A DNA stretch of 64,000 bases from Candidatus Wildermuthbacteria bacterium. Lineage in GTDB: Bacteria; Patescibacteriota; Minisyncoccia; Minisyncoccales; CAVTZN01. A model generated the notes under the pieces. It saw only the letters and a list, made by a program, of their open reading frames with translations. It had not been told where the DNA came from and did not search any database. Location: contig CAVTZN010000004.1 in the NCBI GenBank assembly GCA_963739285.1, positions 31,227-95,226 on the forward strand, read 5' to 3'. A program made the position numbers and the translations under genes. Positions within the stretch are counted from its first letter, which is position 1, and each line of letters begins with the position of its first letter. Shown piece after piece: positions 50,077 through 61,105 of this stretch.

Positions 50077-51112
50077 CAATTTTAGGAATTGATACTTCTT
50101 GCGACGACACCTGCATTGCCTTATTGCAAATTGAAAATTGGAAATTGCAAATTGTTAGTAATGTGGTTTCTTCGCAGGTAAAACTCCATGCTAAATATGG
50201 CGGAGTTTATCCTTTTTTAGCCAAAAGAGAGCACCAACAAAATTTGCCCCTTGTTTTCAAAAAAGCCCTTCGGCAAACTCAGAATAAGCAAATTGATTTA
50301 ATTGGGGTCACGGTGGGACCAGGATTGGAACCTTGTTTATGGCAAGGAGTAAATTTTGCTAAAGATTTGGCTGAAAAATTTAAAATACCAATTATTCCTG
50401 TAAACCATATCGAAGCTCATATACTCGCCAATTTCATTGACGAAAATCCGAAATCCGAAGCCCGAAACCAGAAATTATTTCCAGCAGTTTGTTTAATTGT
50501 TAGTGGGGGACATACTCAATTGATTTTGATGAAAGATATCGGCCAATACAAACTGATAGGCGAAACCAGAGATGATGCAGCCGGCGAATGTTTTGATAAA
50601 GCAGCCAGAATTTTAGGGCTCGGCTACCCCGGCGGTCCAATCGTCGCCGAAACTGCTAAATACAAAATCAAGATGTCAAAATCAAATTGCCGCGGCCGAT
50701 GATTTATCAAAAAAACTACGACTTCAGTTTTTCTGGATTAAAAACCGCAGTTTTATATGATTTTAGAAGTCAGACTCCTAAAATCGGAAAATCAAAAGGA
50801 TATATCCGAGAGATGTGTAAAGAAATTCAGCAGGCAATTATTGATGTTTTGATTCATAAAACTATTAAAGCGGCTAAAGATTTTAGGGCAAAATCAATTA
50901 TCTTAGGCGGCGGCGTCGTTGCCAACGATGAACTACGCAAACAATTAAAAGAGAGAATTGAAAAGGAAATGCCAAATACTAAATACTTAATACCAGATAC
51001 CAAATACTGTACCGACAACGCGGCCATGATTGCGATAACAGCCTATTTTCATCAAAAAGAAGCTATAAAAGACTGGCAAAAGATAAAAGTTGATGCTAAT
51101 CTAAGAATATGA
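50073..51112 (+). CDS. tsaD: tRNA N6-adenosine threonylcarbamoyltransferase TsaD, one frame break near 50690
   Basis: ILGIDTSCDDT, HIEAH, VSGGHT, GYPGGP, GGVVAN. Confidence 0.88.
50265..50285 (+). repeat. GC-rich dispersed repeat, copy 5, in frame inside tsaD (ALRQTQN)
   Basis: GCCCTTCGGCAAACTCAGAAT; 16 of 17 positions identical to copy 2. Confidence 0.45.
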
Positions 51113-52447
51113 TTAGTCTTATTAAAAAAATCGATTCCCAAATTGCAAAACTTATTGATAAAGAAACAAACGCGAAGAAGAGACGTTGGAAATGATTCCT
51201 TCGGAAAATTATCCCTCAAAAGCGGTTAGGAAGCTTTGAGTTCTATTCGTAGCAAAATATTCGAAGGCCGGCCTTATAAAAGATATTACGCTGGGAAAGA
51301 AAATATTGACAAGTTGAAAATTTGTCGAAGAGAGAGCGAAAAAAGTTTTTGGTTTAGCTCTCAAAAATGGGCCGTGAACGTCCAGCCATATTCAGGATCC
51401 CCGGCAAACTCCGCTGTTTATCGAGCATTACTTCATCCTGGCGATAAGATTATGGGTTTGAATTTAACTCAGGGAGGCCACCTTACGCATGGCTGTCAAG
51501 TTAGTCTTTCTGGAAAATTTTAAGGTAGTTCATTACCATTAGATAAAAAAGAGGTATATTAATATAGAGAGATTGAAAAAATCGCCAGAAAATAAAAGCC
51601 AAAATTGATTATGTGTGGCGCCACTGCTTACCCAAGAAAAATCGATTTTAAAAAATTTAGCCAAATCGCTAAAAAGACGGGGGCATATTTTCTGGCAGAT
51701 ATCTCCCATATTGCCGGTTTAATTATTGCCGGTGTTCATAAAAGCCCTTTTCCTGGGCAGATATAGTGATGACAACTACTCATAAAACTCTACGTGGCCC
51801 AAGGGGAGGAATAATTATTTACCGAAAAAGGGCTTAAAAAGGATCCTGCGCTGGGCGAAAAAATAGATAAAGCTGTTTTTCCGGTGGATGTCCAGGGAGG
51901 GCCTCATAATCACCAGACAGCAGCCATCGCCGTCGCCTTAGAAGAAGCGATAAAACCGGAATTTAAAGAATACGGAAAACAAATTGTAAAAAATGCTAAG
52001 GCGTTAGCCGAAGAAATGATGAAAAAAGGAGTAAAACTTGTTTCCGGCGGCACAGATAATCATATGATACTGATTGATTTGACACCTTATGGGAAAGGAA
52101 TGGGGTCATTTTTGCAGGAGGCCAATTAGATATGGCGGGGATTACGTGCAAATAAAAATACTATACCTGAAGATCCTTCCACGCCTTTTTTCCCAAGCGG
52201 GGTAAGATTAGGTACACCAGCCATTACTACGAGAGGAATGAAAGAGGAAGAAATGAAAACAATTGCCGATTGGATAGCTCAAGTAGTTAATGAAATTAAA
52301 ACCTACAAATTGCCAGAAGACAAAGAAGAAAAAAGAGAGTGTCTTAAGAAATTCAAGGAGGAAATGAGAAAAAATGAGGAGATTTTAAAAATCAAGCAGC
52401 AAGTTTTAGAATTTAGCAAAAAATTTCCTATCCCGGCTATTTTATGA
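51109..52447 (+). CDS. glyA: Serine hydroxymethyltransferase, at least 6 frame breaks
   Basis: Pieces: [63 protein letters not shown]. Confidence 0.85.
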
Positions 52448-53265
52448 AAATCCTTGATGGCAAAAACTTGTCAGAAAAAATTTTAGCGACCCTTAAAAAG
52501 GAAATTAAAAACCGTCGTTTAAAATTAAAACTGGCGGTAATTCAGGTTGGCGAAAATCCTACTTCTCAAATTTTCATTAATCAAAAGAAAAAAGCTTGTG
52601 AAAAGGTTGAGATTGATTTTAAGTTATATAAATTTCCGGCAAAAATCAGCGTTTCGGATTTTAAAAAAGAAATTAAGAAAATTGTTAAAAATCCGATAAA
52701 TTCAGGAATTATTATTCAATTACCATTGCCTCCGAAATTTTCCCCTGAAGAATTTTTAAATTTAATTCTCGAAGAAAAAGACATTGATGTTTTGTCTGAA
52801 AAAAGTTTAGGGAAATTTTATCAAGGGGTCTTTAAAATTTCGCCGCCAACCGTTAATGGAATTTTGCGTCTTTTGAAAAATTACAAAATTAAACTAAAAG
52901 GAAAAAATGTTGTTATCGTCGGAGCAGGCAGATTGGTTGGTTTTCCCTTAGCCACCCAATTCTTAAAAGAAAAAGCTACTCTCTCGGTTTTAAACGAATT
53001 TACAAAAGATACTCCTTCTTTTACAAAAAAAGCCGACATTTTAATTTCGGCAGTCGGGAAGCCTAATTTAATTACCGGGAAAATGGTCAAAAGGGGAGTG
53101 ATAGTGATTGATGCCGGAACAAGCGTCAAAAGAGGGAAATCAGTCGGCGATATTGATTTTAAATCAGTTTCAAAAAAGGCAAGCTATATTACGCCGGTTC
53201 CGGGCGGAGTCGGTCCCTTGACCGTCGCTTATCTGCTTGAAAATTTGGTTAAACTCAATCAATAG
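52444..53265 (+). CDS. folD: Bifunctional methylenetetrahydrofolate dehydrogenase/cyclohydrolase
   Basis: 273 aa intact; ILDGK..., [25 protein letters not shown]. Confidence 0.9.
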   Translation: MKILDGKNLSEKILATLKKEIKNRRLKLKLAVIQVGENPTSQIFINQKKKACEKVEIDFKLYKFPAKISVSDFKKEIKKIVKNPINSGIIIQLPLPPKFSPEEFLNLILEEKDIDVLSEKSLGKFYQGVFKISPPTVNGILRLLKNYKIKLKGKNVVIVGAGRLVGFPLATQFLKEKATLSVLNEFTKDTPSFTKKADILISAVGKPNLITGKMVKRGVIVIDAGTSVKRGKSVGDIDFKSVSKKASYITPVPGGVGPLTVAYLLENLVKLNQ

Positions 53266-53768
53266 TGGATTTCTATATTTTTCAACAAATTAATCAATTA
53301 GCCGGAAAATGGCCCGCCTTAGATAAGCTGGCGGTTTTTTTCGCCGAATATTTCGGATATTTTTTAATTTTCTTTTTACTTCTCTTTCTTGTAAAAAAGT
53401 TTAAGAGATACTGGTCAATGCCCTTGAAGGCATTTGGAGCCGCAGTTTTAGCCAGATTTGTAATTATTGATATTATTCGCTGGATTTGGGAGAGGCCGAG
53501 ACCTTTTGTGGAAAATCAAGTCAATCTTCTTTTGCCTCACGAGTTGAGCGCTTCTTTTCCCTCCGGTCACGCCGCTGTCTTTTTTGCCATTTCAACGATT
53601 GTCTATGCCTATAATAAAAAAGCTGGCATTTTGTTTTTCGTCGCCAGCTTTTTGATTTCAATCGCACGGATATTTGTCGGCGTTCACTGGCCGTTGGATA
53701 TTTTGGGTGGATTAATCGTAGGAATGTTTTCTGGGTGGTTGATAAATAAACTTTTAAGAAAATTTTAA
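53265..53768 (+). CDS. PAP2-family phosphatase (BcrC-like undecaprenyl-diphosphatase candidate)
   Basis: FPSGHAA... and VGVHWPLD motifs, 4-5 TM segments. Confidence 0.7.
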   Translation: MDFYIFQQINQLAGKWPALDKLAVFFAEYFGYFLIFFLLLFLVKKFKRYWSMPLKAFGAAVLARFVIIDIIRWIWERPRPFVENQVNLLLPHELSASFPSGHAAVFFAISTIVYAYNKKAGILFFVASFLISIARIFVGVHWPLDILGGLIVGMFSGWLINKLLRKF

Positions 53769-53800
53769 TAAAATAATTAAAAAAGAATAAATGTTTCGTA

Positions 53801-53826
53801 AAAAACCGCCGAAGGGCGGTTTTTTG
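53801..53826 (+). terminator. Rho-independent terminator
   Basis: AAAAACCGCC-GAAG-GGCGGTTTTTT. Confidence 0.8.
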
Positions 53827-53959
53827 TGCAATTATTCAACTCTGCTCGGCTTCCGCTCCGAACGAGAGGGATGGAAGGGCTTTACGAATAGCTCGCGGGC
53901 AAAATCCCCCTAACTCTCCTCCATTTTCGTCAGCTTACTTCCAAAATTTGCGGTGGCTA

Positions 53960-53988
53960 TTGTTAAATTTTGTTAGGTATTGTATAAT
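53960..53988 (+). promoter_or_regulatory. Candidate promoter (TTGTTA-17-TATAAT) upstream of the SPFH gene
   Basis: TTGTTA 53960-53965, TATAAT 53983-53988. A second TGcTATAAT box lies at 54050-54060, only 8 nt from ATG 54069. Confidence 0.45.
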
Positions 53989-54068
53989 GAAATTGGTTGA
54001 GTGTAATAATTAAAAAATTCACAAGACTTGACTATTGCATTGCCAAAGCTTGTGCTATAATAAATCAT

Positions 54069-54911
54069 ATGGAAATGCTTTTAATTTGGCCAATTATAAT
54101 TGTCGTCTTCTTTGTCCTCCTTGGCCTGAGGATTATTGATCAATATGAACGTGGCGTTGTATTGACGCTTGGGAAATATACAAGCACTAAGACAACCGGG
54201 TTTAACTTGGCTTCTTGATTGGTTTTCAAAGAATGATAAAGATTGATATACGTATAACGACCACCGATATTCCACAGCAGGAAGTTATTACAAAAGATAA
54301 TGTGCCGGTTGGAATAAATGCGGTTGTATATTTTCAGGTGCAATCCGCAGAAAACGCAATTTTGAATATTAAAGATTATACTCTTGCTGTTTCTCAATAT
54401 GCTCAAGCCGCCCTTCGAGATGTTATAGGTGGTATTGAACTTGACTCTTTGCTTTCGGAAAGAGAAAAAATAGCGGAAGAAATTCAAAAAATTGTTGTAG
54501 CGGCTACTCAATCATGGGGTATATTAGTTACGGATATAAAAATACAGGACATTGAACTTGCCTGCTGATATGAAGCGCGTTATGGCGAAACAAGCTGAAT
54601 CTGAAAGAGAACGACGCGCTATTATTATCAGGGCAGAAGGGGAATTTCAGGCTTCAGAACGATTAGCGCAAGCGGCTCAAGTTCTTAGTTCAACTCCGGG
54701 CGGTCTTTCAATGAGAACTTTACAGACAATCGAAAAAATAAATCCGGATCCATCAAAAACAGTTATTTTTGCATTACCGGTTGAAGTGTTAGAAGGAATC
54801 AAGGCAATCTCCCAAACAATAAAGCCTGGCAACGGTAGAAAATTAATTGAAGGAATTAAGCTATTCAATAGAACAAGTAAAAATCTGTTATTTTATTTCT
54901 TTGAGAAATGA
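54069..54911 (+). CDS. SPFH/Band-7 (stomatin/slipin-like) membrane protein, 2 frame breaks
   Basis: N-terminal TM then RIIDQYERGVVLTLGKY, TKDNVPVGINAVVYFQV, RAEGEFQASERLAQAA. Confidence 0.8.
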
Positions 54912-55544
54912 TTTAGCTAATTGAGCGGTTTCAGAGCTGGGTTGATAAAAATTTTTCCAGACAACGACAATGTCAGCGTCGTTAAAAATTGCTCGTTGCA
55001 CTTCTCTCATAGTATCTCCGCCAGCCACAGCAACTAGAACATTATAATTTCCCTTGATCTGTTTTATTTGATAATAAGGAATTTGTTTTTCTTTTGAAAA
55101 TTCGCTTTCGTCAACGCCCCTATGCAATATCACTACATTGGGGAGTTTTTTTAATTTCTTTAAAACCGAAAGAGCGTTTTCAACATTCATCATATCAATC
55201 ATTGAATCAATGTTAAATTTTTGGCACTCCTCTATGAAATTATCAATTGTTTCAATGGGCGCGACTCCAAGACAGGTTGCCGCATTGGCGCCGGCATTAG
55301 CCATCATTTCTACTTCGCGCGCCGCTAAATCCGCGCATTTATTATCGGCAACTATGTAAGTTCCAGCAGGAGCCATTTCTTTTATTTGCGAAATAGCGTC
55401 TGTTCCGTATATTTTTATTAAAGGCGTTCCTGCTTCAATTAAAATTCTATCCGAAATCGGAAGTTGCGAAATAATTTCTCTTGCTTCTTCAAGAGTACTA
55501 TTGAGAGCGATATGAAGATATTTTTTTCGTTTTTCTAAAATCAT
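54888..55544 (-). CDS. 3-hexulose-6-phosphate synthase-like protein (OMP-decarboxylase suprafamily), paralog 1
   Basis: 218 aa intact; IEAGTPLIK, VADNKCAD (DxKxxD), VAGG. It aligns by eye with B. subtilis HxlA. Confidence 0.6.
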   Translation of the reverse strand: MILEKRKKYLHIALNSTLEEAREIISQLPISDRILIEAGTPLIKIYGTDAISQIKEMAPAGTYIVADNKCADLAAREVEMMANAGANAATCLGVAPIETIDNFIEECQKFNIDSMIDMMNVENALSVLKKLKKLPNVVILHRGVDESEFSKEKQIPYYQIKQIKGNYNVLVAVAGGDTMREVQRAIFNDADIVVVWKNFYQPSSETAQLAKSFLKEIK

Positions 55545-55545
55545 A

Positions 55546-56216
55546 TTATTTAATCAATTTCAAAAATTCTTGCGCTAAATTAGCGGTATTTTCCGGCGTT
55601 TCGTAAAAAGAACGCCAGATTACCGCAATATCAGAATCATTGAAAAAAGTTCTGATAACATCGCGCGGCGTTTCTCCACCGGCAACCGATATTAAAATAT
55701 TGCCGTAAGTTCCTTTTATCCGATGAATTTGATCGTGCGGTATTTGTTTTTCCCTGTTTCTTTCGTTTTCATCTACTCCGCGGTGTAAAACAACTATAGT
55801 TGGAAGTTTTTTTAATTTTTGTAAAATTTCAAATGGAAATTCAATATTCATCATATCAATCATTGAATCAATGTTGATTTTCTCGCATTCTTTAATAAAT
55901 TCATTTATGGTTTCAATCGGCGCCAAACCTAAACAAGTGGCCGCAGAAGCGCCGGCTTCGGCAGCTGCTTCAACTTCTCTTGAACCTCTATCCATACATT
56001 TCAAATCAGCGACAATATATCCTGGTTTTTGTATTTTTTCGCTCCACCAATTTTTTAAGTGCGGCAATGCCTTTCTTCCCATATTTTTTGATCAAAGGAG
56101 TTCCGGCTTCAATAATTATTTTTTCTGAAGAAGGCAAGCATAGCAATCATATTTTTTACTTCATTAAGAGAACGGTTGAAAGCAATTTGTAGATATTTTG
56201 ATTTTTGGTTGAGCAT
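55546..56216 (-). CDS. 3-hexulose-6-phosphate synthase-like protein, paralog 2 (N-terminal frame breaks)
   Basis: MLNQKSKYLQIAFNRSL... (from ATG 56216), IEAGTPLIK, VADLKCMD. The C-terminal 178 aa are clearly paralogous to 54888-55544. Confidence 0.6.
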
Positions 56217-56264
56217 AAAGATATGCCACCTTTCACAATTTTATTATATCCGGTTTTTTGTGTG

Positions 56265-56347
56265 TGCCGCGGGAGAGAGTCGAACTCTCATGAGATTACT
56301 CTCGCAGGTTTTTGAAACCTGTGCGTCTGCCATTCCGCCACCGCGGC
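56265..56347 (-). tRNA. tRNA-Leu (anticodon CAA), long variable arm, CCA not encoded
   Basis: The minus strand reads GCCGCGG TG GCGG...; anticodon arm CAGGT-TTCAAAA-ACCTG; variable arm GAGAGTAATCTCATGAG; T arm GAGAG-TTCGACT-CTCTC; 3' CCGCGGC-A. Confidence 0.85.
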
Positions 56348-56353
56348 AATCTA

Positions 56354-58111
56354 TCATCGGGACCATTCGGCCTTGGTCACTTTTTCTGGCCATTTTTTTT
56401 CACTTCTTTTGAAATTTTCACAAGATATTTTATGAATAGAAGCTCCCTTATTTTTTGTTATATATGCCTTGATTTCGTCTCCCGGAAGAGGCTTGCAGCA
56501 TTTTGCCAAAGAAAAAGAAATTCCGATTTCTCCGCCGACGACCACAATTTTAGAAGGGCTGGCTGTCGGCGCAGCAACCGGAGCTTTTTTAACTCTGAAT
56601 ATTTTTTTAACTATCCTTTTTGGAGAAATACTTTCCGTTAAATTTCCAAAGAACCCTCTCTCAAATTCTTTTTTAATATGAGAACGAGCTAGGTTAGTTT
56701 TTGTAAATTTTAGCCAATCCCGACTGGGCTTTTTATTCTTGCCAATCAAAATTTCCACCACATCCCCGTTTTTTAAAAGAGAAGAAACCGAGACAATTTT
56801 CCCGTTAACCTTTGCTCCCGCACAATGGTTGCCGATTTCGGTATGAACCCGATAGGCAAAATCAACGGGGGTAGCTCCTTCTGGAAGATCAACAACATCG
56901 CCCTTGGGAGTGAAAACGAAAATTCTATTCTTAAAAAAATCAAATTTTAAACCTTCCAAAAATTCTTTTGATTTGGATACTTCCTTTTGCCAGCCATTCA
57001 GCTCTTTTACCCAGGCAAATTTCTTTTTTTGCTGAAGAGGAGTAATCTTTTCTTTTTGAGCCCAATGAGCACAGATACCATATTCGGCTTCTCGATGTAT
57101 TTTTGGAGTTCTGATTTGGATTTCAGTTATTTTCCCTCCTTCGCAAAAGACAGTGGTATGTAAGCTTTGGTAGCCGTTTGGTTTGGGGAAGGCGATATAG
57201 TCCTTGATTCTCCCCGGCAGAGGTCGCCAATGTTTATGTATAACTCCCAAGACGGCATAACATTCTTTGACGTCTTTAACGATAATTCTTAAAGCAACCA
57301 AATCATAAATCCTTTCAAAGTCCATATCATACCTTAAAAGTTTTTGATAAAGACTAAAATAAGATTTTGGCCTTGATTGAATGCTGATTGGAACAATTCC
57401 TTCCTTGCCTAAAAATTTTTTCAAGCTAGGTTTTATCTTCTCAAGATATTTTTTTCTCTTTTCGTATCTCTCTTTAACGTTGTCCATCAGCCATTTATAT
57501 TCTTTCGGATAGAGGTAAGAGAAGGCCAAATCTTCCAAATCTCCCTTTATTTCTCCCATTCCCAATCTGTTGGCCAGGGGAGCGAAAATTTCCAAAGTTT
57601 CCAGCGCCAGCCTTTTCTGTTTTTCTTCCGGGACATGATTTAAAGTCTCCATGTTATGCAACCTATCAGCCAACTTTATTAAAATGACCCTAAGATCGTT
57701 GGCCATGGCAAAGAAGACCCTTCTCAAGTTTTCAGCCTGGACGTCAATGGGCTTTTTTACTTGCTTTTCTATCGGTTGAATTTCCAGAGGTTCTTTTGGG
57801 TAGCGGATTTTCCCTAATTTTGATACCCCTTCTACCAAAGTCGCAACCTCTTTTCCGAATTCCTCCTCAATCTTTTCCAGGGGAGTTTCGGTATCATCGA
57901 CAACATCATGTAAAAGAGCGGCCATAATTGTCTTTTGATCAAGATTTAAATTAGCCAGGGTTTCAGCTACTTTAAGAGGGTGAATAATATAATCTTCGCC
58001 AGAAAATCTTTTTTGACCAGCATGAGCTTTTTGGGCAAAATCAAAAGCTTTTAAAATTATATCCTTTTCCGGATAAGAGCTGGCAATTTTTTGGATTAAT
58101 TCGTTAGACAT
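56354..58111 (-). CDS. rel: Bifunctional (p)ppGpp synthetase/hydrolase, RelA/SpoT (Rel) family, short C-terminus
   Basis: 585 aa intact. HD domain (HPLKVAE...LLHDVVDDT), synthetase domain (YQSLHTTV), TGS, and a Cys-rich ZFD (CCKP...C). It ends without an ACT/RRM domain. Confidence 0.85.
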   Translation of the reverse strand: MSNELIQKIASSYPEKDIILKAFDFAQKAHAGQKRFSGEDYIIHPLKVAETLANLNLDQKTIMAALLHDVVDDTETPLEKIEEEFGKEVATLVEGVSKLGKIRYPKEPLEIQPIEKQVKKPIDVQAENLRRVFFAMANDLRVILIKLADRLHNMETLNHVPEEKQKRLALETLEIFAPLANRLGMGEIKGDLEDLAFSYLYPKEYKWLMDNVKERYEKRKKYLEKIKPSLKKFLGKEGIVPISIQSRPKSYFSLYQKLLRYDMDFERIYDLVALRIIVKDVKECYAVLGVIHKHWRPLPGRIKDYIAFPKPNGYQSLHTTVFCEGGKITEIQIRTPKIHREAEYGICAHWAQKEKITPLQQKKKFAWVKELNGWQKEVSKSKEFLEGLKFDFFKNRIFVFTPKGDVVDLPEGATPVDFAYRVHTEIGNHCAGAKVNGKIVSVSSLLKNGDVVEILIGKNKKPSRDWLKFTKTNLARSHIKKEFERGFFGNLTESISPKRIVKKIFRVKKAPVAAPTASPSKIVVVGGEIGISFSLAKCCKPLPGDEIKAYITKNKGASIHKISCENFKRSEKKWPEKVTKAEWSR

Positions 58112-58127
58112 GACCCTGAAACAATTT

Positions 58128-58156
58128 ATTATAGATAAAATTATGAGTTAATTCAA
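58128..58156 (-). promoter_or_regulatory. Candidate promoter of rel (TTGAAT-17-TATAAT)
   Basis: Minus strand: TTGAAT 58156-58151, TATAAT 58133-58128. The area holds a 12-nt direct repeat AATTATGAGTTA at 58139-58150 and 58156-58167. Confidence 0.4.
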
Positions 58157-58164
58157 ATTATGAG

Positions 58165-60211
58165 TTAGTTCAAGGGTTCTTTGCATTCCCGGTTCGAGCA
58201 TTTTATTTTTCCCCATTTAGTTTTGACCATTAATGAGCCGCATTTTTGACAGGTTTCTCCGGTCGGCCTGTCCCAGAGAGCAAAATTACATTTTGGATAA
58301 TTCGAGCAGCCATAGAAAAACTTTCCAGCCCTAATCTTTTTTAAAAAAATTTCGCCCTTTTTGCATTTCGGGCAATTTACGCCGATTGTTTCTGGAATAT
58401 CTTTTTTATAACGGCATTTGGGAAAGCGGGAACAGGCATAGAATTTTCCGTATTTGCTCATCCTGATGACCAATGGATTGCCGCATTCCGGACATTTCTC
58501 TTTGGTCTCTTCCGTTAATTTCTTTTTGGGGACTTCTTTTTCTTTTGCTTTCAGGTTTTCAATGAATGGCTCGTAAAACTCCTTGATTACGGGAACCCAT
58601 TTTTCTTTTCCCTGAGAAATTTCATCTAAACTTTCTTCCATTTTTGCGGTAAATCCGACATCCACAATTTTCGGAAAATGTTCAACCAAAATATCATTAA
58701 CTAAAATGACCGATTTCGGTTGGTTGGAATTTTTTATTCTCATCTTTCTTTACGTAATTTCTTTCTTGAATTGTTGATAAAATCGGCGCATAAGTTGAGG
58801 GTCTGCCGATGCCGTATTCTTCCAAAGTCTTAATTAAAGTGGCTTCAGTGTACCGAGGGGGAGGTTGGGTAAAATGCTGGGAAGGAATCAATTTTATTAG
58901 TTCTAAAATTTCTTCTTTTTCTAATAGTGGCAGTTCGTTTTCCTCATATTTGATTGGATAGAATTTTAAGAAACCATCAAATTTTAAAATTTGGCCAGTT
59001 GCCCGAAATGTATAATTTTTGGCCGAAATATCAACTGTTGTCGAATCAAAAATGGCTTGACTCATTTGGCAAGCGATGAATCTCCGCCAAATCAGATCGT
59101 AAAGCCGAAATTGCTTATCGTCTAATTTTTCATCAACTTTCAATTTGTCTGGTTCTCTTTCGGGATATGTCGGTCTGATTGCTTCATGAGCTTCTTGGGC
59201 TCTGCCTTTTGCCTTATATCTTTTTAAAAATCCTGCCCAATAATTTTGACCGTATTGATCAATGATAAAATTTTTGGCAGCCAAGAGCGATGAATCGCTT
59301 AAGTTTAAAGAATCGGTTCTGTGATAGGTGATGAATCCTTTTTCGTAGAGCTTCTGGGCGATACTCATCGTGAATTTTGCCGGAAACTTGAATTTCAGCC
59401 AGGCTCCTTGTTGCAGAGTGGAAGTCGTAAAAGGCGGCAGAGGATTCCTTTTAGATTCTTTTTTCTCAATATTTACGACTTTATATTCCGCCCCGTCTAA
59501 ATCCTTAACAATTTTATCCGCCTCCTTTTTTGTTTTAATTCCCAGTTTCGGTATTGTTTTTCCATCTTTTTTGATGAGTAAAGCATCAAATTCATTATTT
59601 TGACTTTTGATTTTTGACGTTTAGCGCTTTGAGGAGAGCGACGATGGTCCAATATTCTTGGGGAACAAAATTATGAATTTCTTTTTCACGTTCCGCAACT
59701 AGATCTGAACTGCTACTGATTGGACTCTTCCGGCTGACAAACCCCTGACAACCTTCTTCCATAAAAAAGGAGATAATTTGTAACCGACAATTCTGTCCAA
59801 AATCCTTCTGGCTTGCTGGGCGTCAACTAAATTCAGATTAATTTCCCGAGGATTTTTAAAAGCCGCTTCAATTGCCTGTTTGGTTATTTCATGAAAAACA
59901 ATTCTTTTCGGGTTTTTTAAATTCAAGGCTTTGGTTAAATGATAAGCGATTGCCTCTCCTTCTCGGTCCTCGTCAGTGGCCAAAATTGTTGAATTTGCTT
60001 TTTGAGATTCTTTTTTCAAGAGCCGGACGGTTTTCTTCGCTTTGGGAATGATAATGTACTTTGGCTTAAAATTATTTTTTAAATCAATGCCAAATTCATC
60101 TTCTGGCAAATCCCGAATATGGCCATAAGAAGAAAGAACCTTATATTCGGATCCTAGAAAATTTTGGATAGTGTTGCCTTTTGTTGGGCTTTCAACGATG
60201 ACTAATTGCAT
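58165..60211 (-). CDS. topA: DNA topoisomerase I, at least 3 frame breaks
   Basis: TOPRIM N-terminus ([11 protein letters not shown]...DEDREGE), core (ITYHRTDS), and C-terminal Zn-ribbons (CPECG..., CPKCKKG..., CQKCG). Confidence 0.88.
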
Positions 60212-61061
60212 AAATATTTCCCCCTAAGTTTCTTACTTTACCTTTTATTTCTAAAATTGCAAGAGTGCTGGCGACGCTGGCAGCTGGTAATTCCGTCTTC
60301 TCAATAATTTTATCAACATATAAAGACTTTTCTTTTAAGGACTCTAAAATTGAAATTTCTTCTTTGTTTCTCCCCTCAGTGAAGCCGGGTGGTCGTAATC
60401 AAAGGCAAATTTAGTTCTCCTAAAATATCATTAGCATTTTCAACCAGCCTTGCCCCTTCTTTAATTAGTTTATGCGGTCCTTTCGAAGTAGACGAATGGA
60501 TTGGGCCGGGAACGGCGAAAATTTTCCTTCCTTGTTTTTTGGCCCACTCAGCAGTAATTAGAGCGCCCGACCTTTCTTTGGCCTCTATTACTAAAACTCC
60601 CAAAGATAAGCCGGAAATAATCCGATTTCTTTGTGGAAAAGTAAAATTAGTTCCCCGTGTTCCTGGCGGATATTCGGAAATTAAACAACCGCCAGTTTCA
60701 ATAATTTTTTCGGTTAATTTTAAATTCGATTGGGGATAAATGCTTTTTTCGTCTAAACCGGTTCCCAAAACCGCAATTGTCCTTTTATTCCTTTCAACCA
60801 CTGCTTGATGGCAAAAGTATCAATTCCCGGCGCTAATCCTGAAACAATAGTTAAACCTGCTTCAGCCAAATCTCCGGCAATTTCCAAAGCCATTTCTTTC
60901 CATGAGCTTGAAAATCTTCTCGTTCCCACAATTGCAAAACAATTTTCCTTACTTTTTATTTCTCCTCGACAGTAAAGGACTTTCGGCGCATTTTTAGTTC
61001 CTTTCAAAAGTTCGGGATATTCTTTTTCGTTTATTGAAATCGTTTTTATTTTTTCAGTCAT
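60192..61061 (-). CDS. dprA: DNA-processing protein DprA (Smf), 2 frame breaks
   Basis: [10 protein letters not shown]..., [22 protein letters not shown]; the C-terminal winged-helix part (...[17 protein letters not shown]...) overlaps the topA start. Confidence 0.8.
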
Positions 61062-61070
61062 TTTTAAACC

Positions 61071-61099
61071 TTGACATTTTAATTAAACTATACTATAAT
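61071..61099 (+). promoter_or_regulatory. Perfect consensus sigma70 promoter (TTGACA-17-TATAAT)
   Basis: TTGACA 61071-61076, exact 17-nt spacer, TATAAT 61094-61099. Confidence 0.65.
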
Positions 61100-61105
61100 A
61101 CAATA

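Noticed and set aside
53830-53950. GC-rich ~120-nt patch between the PAP2 terminator and the SPFH promoter, as a possible ncRNA or repeat remnant
   Set aside because: I could find no convincing helices, ORF or second copy in the window. There is insufficient evidence to call anything.
56176-56641. Plus-strand ORFs 56176-56412 and 56312-56641
   Set aside because: They run across the minus-strand tRNA-Leu and the 3' end of rel. No SD and no family resemblance; spurious.
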